From: Amphiscolops sp. MND2022
Taxonomy: Eukaryota
Direction: 5' to 3'
Assembly: GCA_964187785.1 (NCBI GenBank)
Contig: OZ076418.1
Coordinates: 21,762,001-21,826,000, forward strand
DNA length: 64,000 nucleotides
In this document: positions 47,997-61,057 of the stretch, one piece after another
Position numbering within the stretch: the stretch's first letter is position 1
How the letters are laid out: the number at the start of each line of letters is the position of its first letter
Notes under the pieces: model-generated
Database searches by the model: none
Told to the model about the DNA's origin: nothing
What the model saw: only the letters and a program-made list of their open reading frames with translations
Program-made: the position numbers and the translations under genes

Positions 47997-50900
47997 CCCG
48001 TGGTTGAGGTGGTTAGCCTTTAAATAGCATTCTAATGTCCGTCTGCATAAACTTTAGTAAAAAAATAGTTGAAATCGATGTTTTTGAAGAGACACTGCCG
48101 TTATACCAAAAATGTTTTCATACCATTATTTCGTCTAGCCTGATTTTCGCTAAAACGTTTTGCTTAAAGTTTTACCATCAAAAATTATCATGCTATAACG
48201 TCCCAGTGCACCCTCCGCTTTCTAGTTGAAATTCGAAAATAAAAATATGCAAGCGATGGCGCGCGAACTGATTTTTTTGTTCATATTCCATTATTTTATT
48301 TTCGGAAAAATGGAACTAACTTTCAAATTCGGAATAATGGAACGGTAAAGTTATTTTCGGAATAACGAATAGCAATGTTATCACATTTTCTTGTGTGTGA
48401 TTCATTTAATATCACATTAAAAGTGATTTTTGTCAGCGATTTAATGCTATCATATTTATTCCTTGTTCGGATTTATTATTACATTCAAAGTGATTTTTGT
48501 CAGCAATTTATCACATTTTTTAATTGTGTGTGACTTATTTGTCACACTCAAAATGATTTATTTTCATTTCTGTCCAATCAATTTTCCAAAACTCAATATT
48601 CGTGCCAAGTATACAATGGATGTAGCACCATTATTCCGAAAATATTGACTAGAATCAAAATTCCAAAAAATATTGAGTTCTAAAACTCCGAAAGGCAAAC
48701 AAAAATCATAACACATGCCGGAGACTTTCTTAGGCGGTACCAATTAAATTCCAAGTTATACAAATAAATTTAGTAGGTATGCTTGTTTCATATACCACGA
48801 TTTTAAATGCACAAAAGACCGAAAAACTCTACTTGGAATTCAAGACCATCAGGCCGAAAAAGAAATTCGAACAGAGACGTTTCGGCAAAAACTTTAAAAA
48901 AGTTCAAAAAGGACCCCACCCAATTGCTGAAACAATGTTAAGAATTTACGATGAAGCAAACATCAACTATGGGGCCCTCATATGCGTCTACAAAAAGATT
49001 GCTGTATAGAGCTCGATGGAAGGAATTACCGCCCATTCCCAGATATTTTGAAATAAATCTACGTGACAGATGGCGAGCGTTTTTTGCTAAAAACGACCAA
49101 GAAAATGATATTCTACGTTTTGCAACCGACAAAGCCCTGGAAGTCTGTACATGAGAAACGATACTAGGCAGGGATTTCAAATCGAACTTTCCTAATTTTG
49201 TAAACTTGTTAATTTTTAAAATCATTTTTCATGATCGGAAATCCCTGATTATAGTAAATGGTGAATACAAATTCTGCCCCCCCCCCCTATATTACGAGCA
49301 GCTCTATGTGACATCCATAGCGAATGATACAAAATTGCCACTTGTTTTCAATTCTCTTACTGGAAAATCGACTGTAATTCACCGGATTTTTCTCGGAAAA
49401 ATTTTTTCCAAGATGCATCAGATGAATTTGGACATACGAATCGAAGCACTCGTCACGGATTATGAACGTGGGGTGATGAGTGCCATTGAAACGAATGTCC
49501 ATGACATGGCTGTTATTTTCATTACTGGAAGGCACTTTATGCTAAAGTTCGAGATTTGGGCCTTTCGATTTATTACCGCCGAGATATCGATTAACCGATG
49601 ACTCGAGATACCAGATTCAAAAACTTCATTCCCAAGCTCATGGCTTTACCTTTTATACCCGAAAATCGAGTCCTGATATGAATCACCGATTTAGTATCGG
49701 AACAAAATTGCGCAGAGGCGGTCAGATTGTGCTCTGCATTGGCTGCATTCTTGACATAATTCTACTGCACGTGAATACCGACGTCCCGACAAAATGTGGA
49801 ATGTGTTCAAACGTAACCCTCCATTACGGACCACCAACGATTGCGAAGGCTGGAACGATCGACAAAAAAGCATCCCCAAACATCTGAGGTTTTTGAAAAT
49901 TCAGGAAGTTTCGACCAAAAACCAAATTGCTCATATGGAAAGGACGCCTACCACCACTTCAAAAAAGAAAATGGTACGCATAATGAAAGAATTAAAGCTT
50001 TGAGGATGTCCCATACATTGGGAAATCGAACCTTGCGAACTAGTGAAACACTATGTGCCATTTATGCAACAGCAATGAATATTTTTTTTCTATATTCGGC
50101 AAACTATCAGGGAGTTGCACTTCCCCCGCCACAGACTCTAGTTAAATCCAGAACAAGCGCTACCGTAACTGGTCATCAGTCCGTGGTAGGGGTGGTCAGC
50201 CTTTAAATAGCATTCTAATGACCGTCTGAATATACTTTAGTGAAAAAATACGTACATTCGATGTTTTTGAAGAGACATTGTCGTTATACCAAAAATGCTT
50301 TGATACCATTCTTTCGTCTAACCTGATTTTCGCTAAAACGTCTTTTGCTTAAAAGTTTACCATCAAAAACCTTAAGCTATAACGCCCCAGTGCACACTCC
50401 GCCTTCTAGTTAAATTTCGAAAAGAAATTATGCAAGCGATGGCGCGCGAATTGACTTTTTTGTGTTTATAATTCATTATTTTACTTTCGAAATACTGGAA
50501 CTAACTTCCATATTTGGAATAATGGAACGGTAGTTATTTTCGGAATAATGGAACTAACTCTCAAATTCGGAATAATCGAACGGTAAATTTATTTTCGGAA
50601 TAATGAATAGCAATCTTATCACATTTTCTTGTGTGTGATTCATGTAATATCACATTAAAAGTGATTTTTTGTCAGCGATTTAATGCTATCATATCTATTC
50701 CTTGTTCGGATTTATTATTACATTCAAAGTGATTTTTGTCAGCAATTTATTATCACATTTTTAAATTGTGTGTGACTTATTTGTCACACTCAAAGTGATT
50801 TATTTTCATTTCTGTCCAATCAATTTTCCAAAACTCAATGTCGTGCCAAGAATAGAATGGATGTAGCACCATTATTCCGAAAATATTGACTAGAATCAAA

Positions 50901-53320
50901 ATTCCAAAATATATTGAGTTCTGAAACTCCGAAAGGCAAACAAAAATTATAACCAATACCGGAGACTTTCTTAGGCGGTACCAATTAAATTCCAAGTTAT
51001 ACAAAAAAATTTGGTAGGTATGCTTGTTTCAAATATGACATTTCGAGGCGAGAACAAATGATGGTAAATATCTTTTTGGGTAATATGGCTTGCTTTTCTC
51101 TCCGGAACTCTCGAACATCATTGTATCTTTTCAAACTACTGTAATCACTATGGACTTCCATATTGATTCCAAAGTAAGAAAAAACATCATTTATGATAAT
51201 AGATTTCTGATTTTAAAACACCAAATGCAGTGTATCTGCGCTATTTTCGAAAATGTGGAGTTACCACAATTTTAAATGCACAAAAGACCGAGAAACTCTA
51301 CTTGGAATTCGGAGGCCGAAAAAGAAATTCGAAGAGAAGTTTCGGCAAAAACTTTAAAAAAGTTCAAAAAGGACCCCACCCAATTGCTGAAACAATGTAA
51401 CGAATTTGCGATGAAGCAAACATCAACTATGGGGCCCTCATATGCGTCTACAGAAAGATTGCTGTATAGAGCTCGACGGAAGGAATTACCGCCCATTCCC
51501 AGATATTTTAAAAAAAAACTACGTGACAGATGGCGAGCGTTTTTTGCTAAAAACGACCGAAAAAAAATGATATTCTACGTTTTGCAACCGACAAAGCCCT
51601 GGAAATCTGTACATGAGAAACGATACTAGGCAGGGATTTCAAATCGAACTTTCCTAATTTTGTAAACTTGTTAATTTTTAAAATCATTTTTCATGTTTGG
51701 AAATTCCTGATTATAGTAAATGGTGAATACAAATTCTGCCCCCCCCCCATATTACGAGCAGCTCTATGTGACATCCATAGCGAATGATACAAAATTGCCA
51801 CTTGTTTTCAATTCTCTTATTGGAAAATCGACTGTAATTCACCAGATTTTTCTCGGAAATTTTTTTCCAAGATGCATCAGATGAATTTGGACATACGAAT
51901 CGAAGCACTCGTCACGGATTATGAACGTGGGGTGATGAGTGCCATTGAAACGAATGTCCATGACATGGCTGTTATTTTCATTACTGGAAGGCACTTTATG
52001 CTAAAGTTCGAGATTTGGGCCTTTCTATTTATTACCGCCGAGATATCGATCAACCGATGACTCGAGATACCAGATTCAAAAACTTCATTCCCAAGTTCAT
52101 GGCTTTACCATTTATACCCGAAAATCGAGTCCTGACATGAATCACCGATTTAGTATCGGAACAAAATTGCGCAGAGGCGGTCAGATTGTGCTCTGCATTG
52201 GCTGCATTCTTGACATAATTCTACTGCACGTGAATACCGACGTCCCGACAAAATGTGGAATGTGTTCAAACGTAACCCTCCATTACGGACCACCAACGAT
52301 TGCGAAGGCTGGAACGATCGACAAAAAAGCATCCCCAAACATCTGAGGTTTTTGAAAATTCAGGAAGTTTCGACAAAAAACCAAATTGCTCATATGGAAA
52401 GGACGCCTACCACCACTTCAAAAAAGAAAATGGTACGCATAATGAAAGAATTAAAGCTTTGAGGATGTCCCATACATTGGGAAATCGAACCTTGCGAACT
52501 AGTGAAACACTATGTGCCATTTATGCAACAGCAATGAATATTTTTTTTCTATATTCGGCAAACTATCAGGGAGTTGCACTTCCCCCGCCACAGACTCTAG
52601 TTAAATCCAGAACAAGCGCTACCGTAACTGGTCATCAGTCCGTGGTAGGGGTGGTCAGCCTTTAAATAGCATTCTAATGACCGTCTGAATATACTTTGGT
52701 GAAAAAAATAGTTACATTCGATGTTTTTGAAGAGACATTGTCGTTATACCAAAAATGTTTTGATACCATTCTTTCGTCTAACCTGATTTTCGCTAAAGCG
52801 TCTTTTGCTTAAAAGTTTACCATCAAAAACCTTAAGCTATAACGCACACTCCGCCTTCTAGTTAAAGTTCGAAAAGAAATTATGCAAGCGATGGAGCGCG
52901 AACTGACTTTTTTGTGTTTATAATTCATTATTTTACTTTCGAAATACTGGAACTAACATCCATATTTGGAATAATGGAACGGTAGTTATTTTCGGAATAA
53001 TGGAACTAACTCTCAAATGCGAAATAATCGAACGGTAAATTTATTTTCGGAATAATGAATAGCAATCCTATCACATTTGTTTCTTGTGTGTGAATTATTT
53101 AATATGAAATCAAAAGTGATGTTTGTCAGCCATTCAATGCTATCATATTTATTCATTGTTTGGATTCAGTATTACATTTAAAGTGATTTTTGTCAGTGAT
53201 GTATTACCACATTTGGTAATTGTGTGACTTATTTATTATCACAGTCAAAGTGATTTATTGTAATTTCTGTCCAATCAATTATTCGAAACTCAATGTCGTG
53301 CCAACAAGAGAATGGATGCA
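47997..53320 (+). mobile_element. Tandem copies (two full, one partial) of a decayed Mutator/MULE transposase unit
   Basis: Unit marker GTGGT(T/C)AGCCTTTAAATAGC at ~48010, 50192, 52651; IVNGEYKFCPP..EQLY, VTDYERGVMSAI, LMALPFIPENRV, WNVF..RTTNDCEGWN. Confidence 0.85.
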
Positions 53321-53582
53321 GTGTAAAAGTAGAGACCCCAGGTTCTGTGGGGATCACAAAGACAGCTGCCATATTTGAAAAAAAATCATGACTTTCCCAT
53401 TGATACCGTTCTTGGCTGGCAGAAAGTCACTATTGGAACACAGAAACCATCTAAAGCACATTGACGCGTTCCATTGGGCTGGTGATACGTAAAAGAGGCT
53501 TTAGTTTGATATCAAGTGGTTTTAGGATGACTGGGTGTACCTAAGATTTTATTAGAAAAAAAACTGTTTTCGAAGTGAACTC

Positions 53583-53930
53583 GCACCGTCCGAAAATCGC
53601 TATATTAATAGTTGACCCCAATTGCACAAACTTTCATCAAATACTATAGGTACAACTCTGGTGGGGTAAACTTGACGCCTCTACGACCACCATCGTTTTC
53701 CGCGTCAAAATCCTTCTCATTGATTCACTTTTCCCATTCCTGAAGGTTTTCGAAGTTAACCTACGTTGTTTAGGGTTTTCGGTGTCCTGCTCCGGCTGCC
53801 TCTGTGCGTTCATTGTTTTTCTTCGCACCGTCCGAAAATCGCTATTCTGAAAGTTGGTCCAAATTGCACCCAATTCGTCACATACTATAGATACAACTCA
53901 CGTGGTGTAAATTTGACGCCTCTGCGACCA
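53583..53930 (+). repeat. Diverged ~110-bp direct repeat pair, 242 bp apart
   Basis: GCACCGTCCGAAAATCGCTAT...TTGACGCCTCT at ~53583 and ~53825. Confidence 0.75.
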
Positions 53931-54260
53931 CTAGAAAAAGTTTGCGGACCCCCAAAAGTTTCATTAAAACGGTGCAGTGGGACGCCTTTTTTGAGAGCAT
54001 TATTTTGCCGAATTACTGGAAACTTTTGGGTTAAAAAACTTGTTCCAAAGCACATGGTGCACTTATTCAATGCCTATAGCGTTGATTTAGGCTATAATTA
54101 GGCAGGGATGACCATAGCTCGAAATTTTATAGTCTTTTATAGCAATGCTATACTAAACGCTGTTAAAACGGCAGCAACTATTATAGCGGCTATAATATGA
54201 ACATACATGGAATTTCTATAATAGAATTCTATAATTGCCGCTATTATTGACCAATCATAC

Positions 54261-54472
54261 TGTGGTAGATTGAGCAGAAATTACATATTTGCTTAATTAA
54301 ACTTAAGCTGTGAAAAAGACAGTTGTGAGAAAATAGCATTCATTAACAACCTGTCAAATTGAGCCAAAGTGCCAAAACTTGAATAACTGCCATAACAACA
54401 GAAATACATTAGAATACAGTTTGCACCTTCATTCGTTCTTTCCTCCTTCAGTATTAGCGCAGGTCTATAACA
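54261..54472 (+). repeat. Gypsy-B 5' LTR
   Basis: TGTGGTAG...CTATAACA. Confidence 0.96.
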
Positions 54473-57400
54473 TGGCGCTGCGAGCTGACGAAGAAAATTC
54501 TAACTCGCCACTTTCTGGGGTGACATACTTTTGGCAGGAGGCCGACAAATCTCCCAGTAATGATTGGGAACAATGGATGCAACTTTTTGAAGTTGCCGTG
54601 TTAGACAGACATTCGATTTCGATAACTGAGTTACTTCGCAACGCAGATCAGCAAAATCCCAGACAAGCAACCCTGGTGGGAAACATGGAAGAAACACCTG
54701 CAAAAAGAAAGGTAATTAGTCTCCTATACATCGCAATTGGCAAAACGGGCCGAAAAATGCTTATGGACAAGTTTCCGCAAATCAACATATTCCTGATTGA
54801 ATTACAAGACATAATACAACATTGTTTAGAATGTTTCCAAATTCGACGAAATAGAACTCTTGACCGCCATACAATTCTCTCCCGGAAACAAAAGCCAAGT
54901 GAAACATTGCATCAGTTTTGGAATGTTTTAAACGGACTAGCGGCGAAGTGTGATTTCGGAAATCAAACTGAAGGCCTAGTTTTTGATATTTTCGTCCTAA
55001 ACATGGCAAACAAACAAGTGCAGGAAAAGCTCTGCACAGAGCCAAAAGATAATCCTGCTGACGCTCTCCAAATTGCCATTGCATTTGAAGACGGTTTAAA
55101 GAGACAACGTACTTACGGTTATATCAATCAGGAGCCCAAAGTGAAGATGGAACCAGTCTGTTCAATAAGTGGCTCAAGACAGAATGAGAGAGAATGTTGG
55201 AGATGTGGTGCGCCCAATTTCACTATGCACCACTTGAATCGGTGTAAAGCTCCAAATTCCATGTGCAATTACTGTGGCAAAAAGGGGCACCTAGAGAAAG
55301 TATGCAATCAGAAGAAAAATGACAAAATTCAACTTGTTGATCAAGACGAGACTGATGAAGAAGATGAAAATTACATGGTCTTAAAAGTCGAAGGAAATGT
55401 GGATAAAGCTGAACCATTTTACATGGAAGGCTTTATAAACGGAAATCGATTTAAAGCAATGATCGATACGGGATCCCCGGTAACTATCTTTGCGTTGGAT
55501 GACATCAAAACAATAATGAAAAGAGACAAATTACCAGTCAGAGAGATAGTGAAGGGTGAACGCTATGTGGACTTCAACGGCAAACCGCTTCAATTACTGG
55601 GATATGTGTTCTGCGAGTTGCAAGTAAACGATGTGTACATAAAGAAAGCAAGAGTGCTAATAGCAAAGAATGGGACAATCAATTATCGGAAGAGAGTGGT
55701 TGACGACGTTAAAATACAAACTTGTTCCCGAACAAAAAGGTGAGTTAGATGTAAATTCAATAGAAAAAGAAAAAGACCTAAGCGCAGAAACTAAGCAATT
55801 CGTAAAGGAATTTCCAAAACTATTCGAAAGACGGGGAAAGGTGAAAAATCATAAGGTGCGAATTAATTTCAAAACCGATGCTAAAATAACACAACAAAAA
55901 GGGAGGAGGATCCCAATTCAGCTACAAAAAGCCGTAGACGAGGAAATCGGACGTTTGCTAAAAGAAGGCCATATTGAAAAAAATTAACGGAATAAAAGAC
56001 GATGTGTTTATCCAGCCGACAGTAATAACGGTAAAGACCGCTCGGTAAAAATAGCATTAGATGCAAGGGCACTTAACCGTGCAATAGATAAGGACAAATA
56101 CCAGATGCCAAATTTGGAAAATTTACTAGACATGGTGGCGGAAAAACTAGATTCGGAAAACGGAGAAGCGTGGTTTTCGTCAGTAGACATGACATACGCA
56201 TATGGCCAAATACCCTTGCACCTGCAAACAGCAAAACATTGTAATTTTCAAATAATCGGGGGAGAGTCGACTGGAACTTATAGATTTGTTACTGGTTTTT
56301 ACGGTCTGTCGGTTATGCCGACAGAATTTCAAAAAGTCATGGATATGTTATTAGCTAAATTTAGAGAAGTGTTTGTGTTCATAGATGATATTTTAATAGT
56401 AACTAAGGGAACCAAGTCAGAACATTTAGATAAAGTGCGGGAAATTTTGAAAACACTTGACGACGCCGAACTAAAATTAAAGGCGGGAAAATGCATAAGA
56501 GCTGAAAACGAAATTGAGTGGCTAGGCTTTAAATTGACCAATCAAGGAATTTTGCCAGTAAATTCAAAGTACAAGGAATTACTGAGAAGCTTCGCCCAAC
56601 AAATTTAAAAGAACTAAGATCGTTCCTGGGGGCGGTGAATCAATTTAATAAATTTATTCCGGATCTCGCATCAACCTGTTTTCCGTTTAGATCGATACTC
56701 AAAAAAGATGCTGAGTGGAATTGGACTGATGAGCATGAAAAAGCGTTTGAGAATGTAAATAAAGAAGTAAAAAGGGTAGCTAATTTGACACATTTTAAAA
56801 GGAACAAACCAATTCGAATAATATGCGACGTAAGCAAACAAGGACTAGGGGCGGTGCTCCAGCAGTGCGAAGAAAACGAATGGAAACCCATTTCTTATGC
56901 ATCCAGATTTTTAACAGAATTAGAAGCAAAATATTCAATTAATGAATTAGAGTTATTAGCTGTAGTTTGGTCGGTTGAACATTTTAAAAATTATGTGTAT
57001 GGGGTTCCATTCGGAATAGTATCAGACCACAAAGCGTTACAAAGTGTATTAAAGTCGAACAAAGGGAATAAAACGTATTCTAGCAGACTGACGAGATGGG
57101 TAGATAGATTACTGCCATTTGATTTTTCAATTGTACATACACCAGGTAGAACGTTAGGAATGGCAGACTATCTATCACGTCACCCATCAAAGTATGAAGG
57201 CGCCTCAATTCTAGCTGAAAAGCTATTTAACGATTGGTTTACGGTAAGTGTAGTTGATGACATCACGCCAACTTTACAGGATTGGCGAACTCACGAGAAC
57301 CAATCAGAAGCCGAGAAAGTGTGCAATTGGAGAAAGCGAATGTAAATAGAATACTGACAGTGCTTGATAAAACGCAAACAAATAAAATTAGTGAGATAAT

Positions 57401-59146
57401 TGCCAAGCCGCCTGAAAACGAATTAATGGCTTTCAACAATGAATTGGCGTCGTCGAAAATTAGCAACGTATATATACAAGCCAATGCAGAAAACGATAGA
57501 CTCATTCAAAAAGTTATCGGCCTAGTTCGATCTCGCAATAACGCTGTAATTGCCCGCCTTCCCCCTCCCTGGAGGGAAAAGTTTAATTCCTTCTCCGTTA
57601 GTGAAAACGGCCTACTTTACATGGATAATAGATTAGTTATCCCCAAGGATATGCGCGAGAACGTCCTCCGGGCGATCCATTTCGGACACGCCGGACGCGA
57701 TGCAATGCTCCGAGAGGCGTCGGATATTTGGTGGCCCCGAGTACATCAGGAAATTGTGGAAAAAGCAAAAACTTGCAGGGAATGTCAACACGCAGGTAAG
57801 AATTTGAAATGTTTAAAGTCTCAAAGCGAATTTGGAAAATTACCGGAAACACATAATCCGAATGAAGAAATTGCGTTAGATTTCGCGGGACCATTTCAAA
57901 ATGCTAACCAAAAGAAAAAATACTTATTAGTATCGGTAGACAATCATTCAGGATGGCCGAACGCACTATTCTTGCCAAATCCCACTACTGAAAAAGTTAT
58001 AGAATTCGTGTTAGTATATATAGCCGCAAATGGGCTACCGAAAAGAATTCGAACCGACCCAGGCACAGTGTTCAAAAGCAAAAAATTCAAACAGTTTTGT
58101 AGTGACAATTTCATTGATCACGTAATATGCCCGGTTAGAGATCATAGGGGAAATGGCAAAGTAGAAAGAATGATACGTACAATTAACGAGAGGTTGAGAA
58201 TAAATAAAGAAGTCGTGATATCGAAAGAAAAAACGGGATTATCAAAAATACATTTGCTTTACGCTCAGAAAAAGGGTCAGATGGCAAATCCGCGTTTGAA
58301 CGACATTTGGGCAGAACGCCAAATACACCGAAATCTCGCCTAATTGAAAAATGTGTTTTAGAAAAAGACTCAGCCATAAACATCGAGCCAGAGGACTTTA
58401 GCGAGGAGGCGGACTCCACAATCCTTGTTAGGGAAAGAGTCCGTGGAACGAAATTAGAGGCCCCATTCAAAAAAGTGAAGGGAAAGGTGGTGGAGCAAAC
58501 TGACCGCACAATAACAGTAAAACAAAGCTCGAGCAAGATGTCAACTACATATTCAAAAAGAGATGTAGCCAATAGCACAGAACCAACAAAGAAAGTAAAA
58601 GTGCCAAAAGAAAAGAAAGTGGCAAAACGTGGAAGTGTGCCAAAAACAAGTGAACAGCCAGGAAAAGGGAAAAGGCCAAAACGCAAAAGACAGGCAATTG
58701 AGGGTGAAAAGGAGCCAGAAGATTTAGGCCAAGTAGCAAAATCGGAAATTGAATTGGCCACAAATAATCCCAACATGTACATAGCCCCGAACCCCGTAGA
58801 TGATCAAAATAAACAATGGAAAGAAGAAAAAGAAAGCACAATTCCGGAACCACAAGAAGAAGAGAGCAGCAATGGAGAGCCAGAATCAACTATTCCATAC
58901 GCTGAGCCACAAGAAGCTGAAAATAAGCAAGAAGAAGAAGACCCGAAAAGAATCCCAGTAAAAGGAACCGTCAAATGGGAAAAGGAGCGAAATAGTGCTG
59001 AACGCGCCAGAACCTCCACTCGAGTCACCAAAAAGCCCGACAGATGGGGCAACAACATCATGGTGACGAAAATAGAAGCATCCAGCGCAGAAAATGAAAG
59101 CCTGCCTAGCGTAATCGAAATAGCTAACCCGAACCCGAAGAAATAA
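54472..59146 (+). pseudogene. Gypsy-B gag-pol with about 5 frameshifts
   Basis: CWRCGAPNFTMHHLNRC, CNYCGKKGHLEKVC, MIDTGSPVT, FIDDIL, CDVSKQGLGAVL, HFGHAG..CREC, LDFAGPF, TDPGT, GKVER; K/E-rich C-terminal tail. Confidence 0.93.
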
Positions 59147-59330
59147 ACTTAGCTCAAAAACCCGTACCTAAACTTTTAAATAGTTGAAACCAGTAATTAG
59201 TGTCGAATTTGTGTTGTTGTGTATTATTATAACTCTGTTGGATTTGTTAACTTTGTACTTTTAATGAGGTGCGTATAATGATTTGAGTACTGATGTTATC
59301 CAATGTACCCCAAATTATTAAAAAGGGGAG

Positions 59331-59542
59331 TGTGGTAGATTGAGCAGAAATTACATAATTGCTTAATTAAACTTAAGCTGTGAAAAAGACAGTTGTGAGA
59401 AAATAGCATTTATTAACAACCTGTCAAATTGAGCCAAAGTGCCAAAACTTGAATAACTGCCATAACAACAGAAATACATCAGAATACAGTTTGCACCTTC
59501 ATTCGTTCTTTCCTCCTTCAGTATTAGCGCAGGTCTATAACA
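59331..59542 (+). repeat. Gypsy-B 3' LTR
   Basis: Direct repeat of 54261-54472. Confidence 0.96.
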
Positions 59543-60605
59543 CATACCTCTCGATGAATAGAAGAATGAGGATTTTGCCTCGGAATTTGAAAACTAGACT
59601 CATCCTTCAATATTTTATAATATTTCATGGTCTTCAATGTTTCGTTATTTTTTTTTCAAAAAATGTCAACTGTTTTCTTCTTAGCTGACTACCCTAGATG
59701 AGCGCAAGGATTGAAGCTATAATCATACTATTGACAAAAATTGGATCTATAATAGAATTCGATTCATTTTATTTAATGGCAAAAGCTATAATAAATTCTA
59801 TAATAAATGATTATAGGGTCATCTGTAATTAGGGCCCTCCGGGTCCCATGTTGAATAAAGCAACCGCTTCCATAATGATAGAAAAATTCAGGACTTTTCT
59901 ATAATACCCTTCTTGGCTGGCGGAAATTCATTATTGGAGCCCAAAAACCATTATTACTGTCTTATAACCAGCTTACATACGAATAAAATGTTATTGATAA
60001 TAAGACAGTAATAATGCCTTGCACGAGAACGAGAGATAGTGTTTGTCAAAGTGTTTTCTCGACAACGTCATTAGACATTCTGAAGACACGTTAACTTCAA
60101 ACTGATCACGCTCGTGCTAATTGATTAAACTCCAACCGAAATTGGTAAAGTCGTCTTCAATTCGAATCGCGCACACAAAAAGCTAAAAAGTTTGTATGCT
60201 AAATCATCATAGCAAAGTGCTATATTAAAACAGTGGTCACACTTTTGTGACTTTCATGCTTTTTTGCAAAAAAAAACATCTTCAGAAAAAATAATCAATT
60301 ATCAACAACAAACTTCAAAAATTGAAGATGTTTACTACTGATGTATGTCTTTCAGTGACTGATGATGTTTGAATGCGAAAAACTTCATTTATCGCAAGTT
60401 TTCAACCTAAATTGAAGAAATTTGCAAGTCAACTATTGCAACGATCAATCTTTACAAAACTGACCAGACTAAATTGAATCAACCTTGAATTGAAATCAAA
60501 TTATTTTGCTACAATCTATATGTCATATCCGGAATGACTATAGCACCCTATCTATAGGATACACATGGGCGGACTATGGCATAAATCATGTGTGTTTGGA
60601 CTTAC

Positions 60606-60805
60606 GTGAGATGACAGGTATTTGGCACGAAGGGGGGTGGGAGACAACATCGGGCAAAGAGGCTCTGCTGGGTTGATGAGGTGTCTGGTCGCGGGTGGCA
60701 GCTGTGACAACTGAAGGAGAACAAGAGGTAGAAGCAGCAGCAGCAGCACTTGTCGTCGGCACTTTGTTCACAGCCGGGGAGGAGAAAGACACAAAGTTGC
60801 CATAC
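60606..60805 (-). CDS. Host-gene internal exon (200 bp, phase 2 to 1)
   Basis: TTCTTGTTTTGCAG acceptor, GTAAGT donor, open frame YGNFVSFSS...QIPVIS. Confidence 0.8.
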
Positions 60806-60974
60806 CTGCAAAACAAGAACACAATTGACTAACTTAATTCGCACATGTAGGTATATTTTCACAAAATTCAATTCTACAGGAAAAAAAAACATTTTAGTAG
60901 GTTTCTTAATTCGAGCAGTTGAATATAATCCATATAGATTTTGTTGAGGTGTACCAGATGATTACAGGACATTA

Positions 60975-61057
60975 CGACCTATGCAATTTCAACCGTTGCC
61001 ATTTCAAAAGCTCACAATTTCAACTTATTGCAATTTCGACCTACGGCAATTACAACC
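60975..61057 (+). repeat. Short imperfect repeats of a CAATTTCAAC motif
   Basis: CAATTTCAAC, CATTTCAAA, CAATTTCAAC, CAATTTCGAC, CAATTACAAC at roughly 12-20 bp spacing. Confidence 0.6.

Larger units (their letters stand above)
54261..59542 (+). mobile_element. Ty3/Gypsy LTR retrotransposon, Mag/K02A2.6-like (Gypsy-B)
   Basis: 212-bp LTRs with 3 mismatches, TSD CATAC, PBS TGGCGCTGCGAGC (tRNA-Ser-like), PPT AAAAAGGGGAG. Confidence 0.96.

Noticed and set aside
58307-59146. Separate env or accessory ORF in Gypsy-B
   Set aside because: It continues the integrase after a frameshift near 58250 and is K/E-rich with no signal peptide or TM helix.
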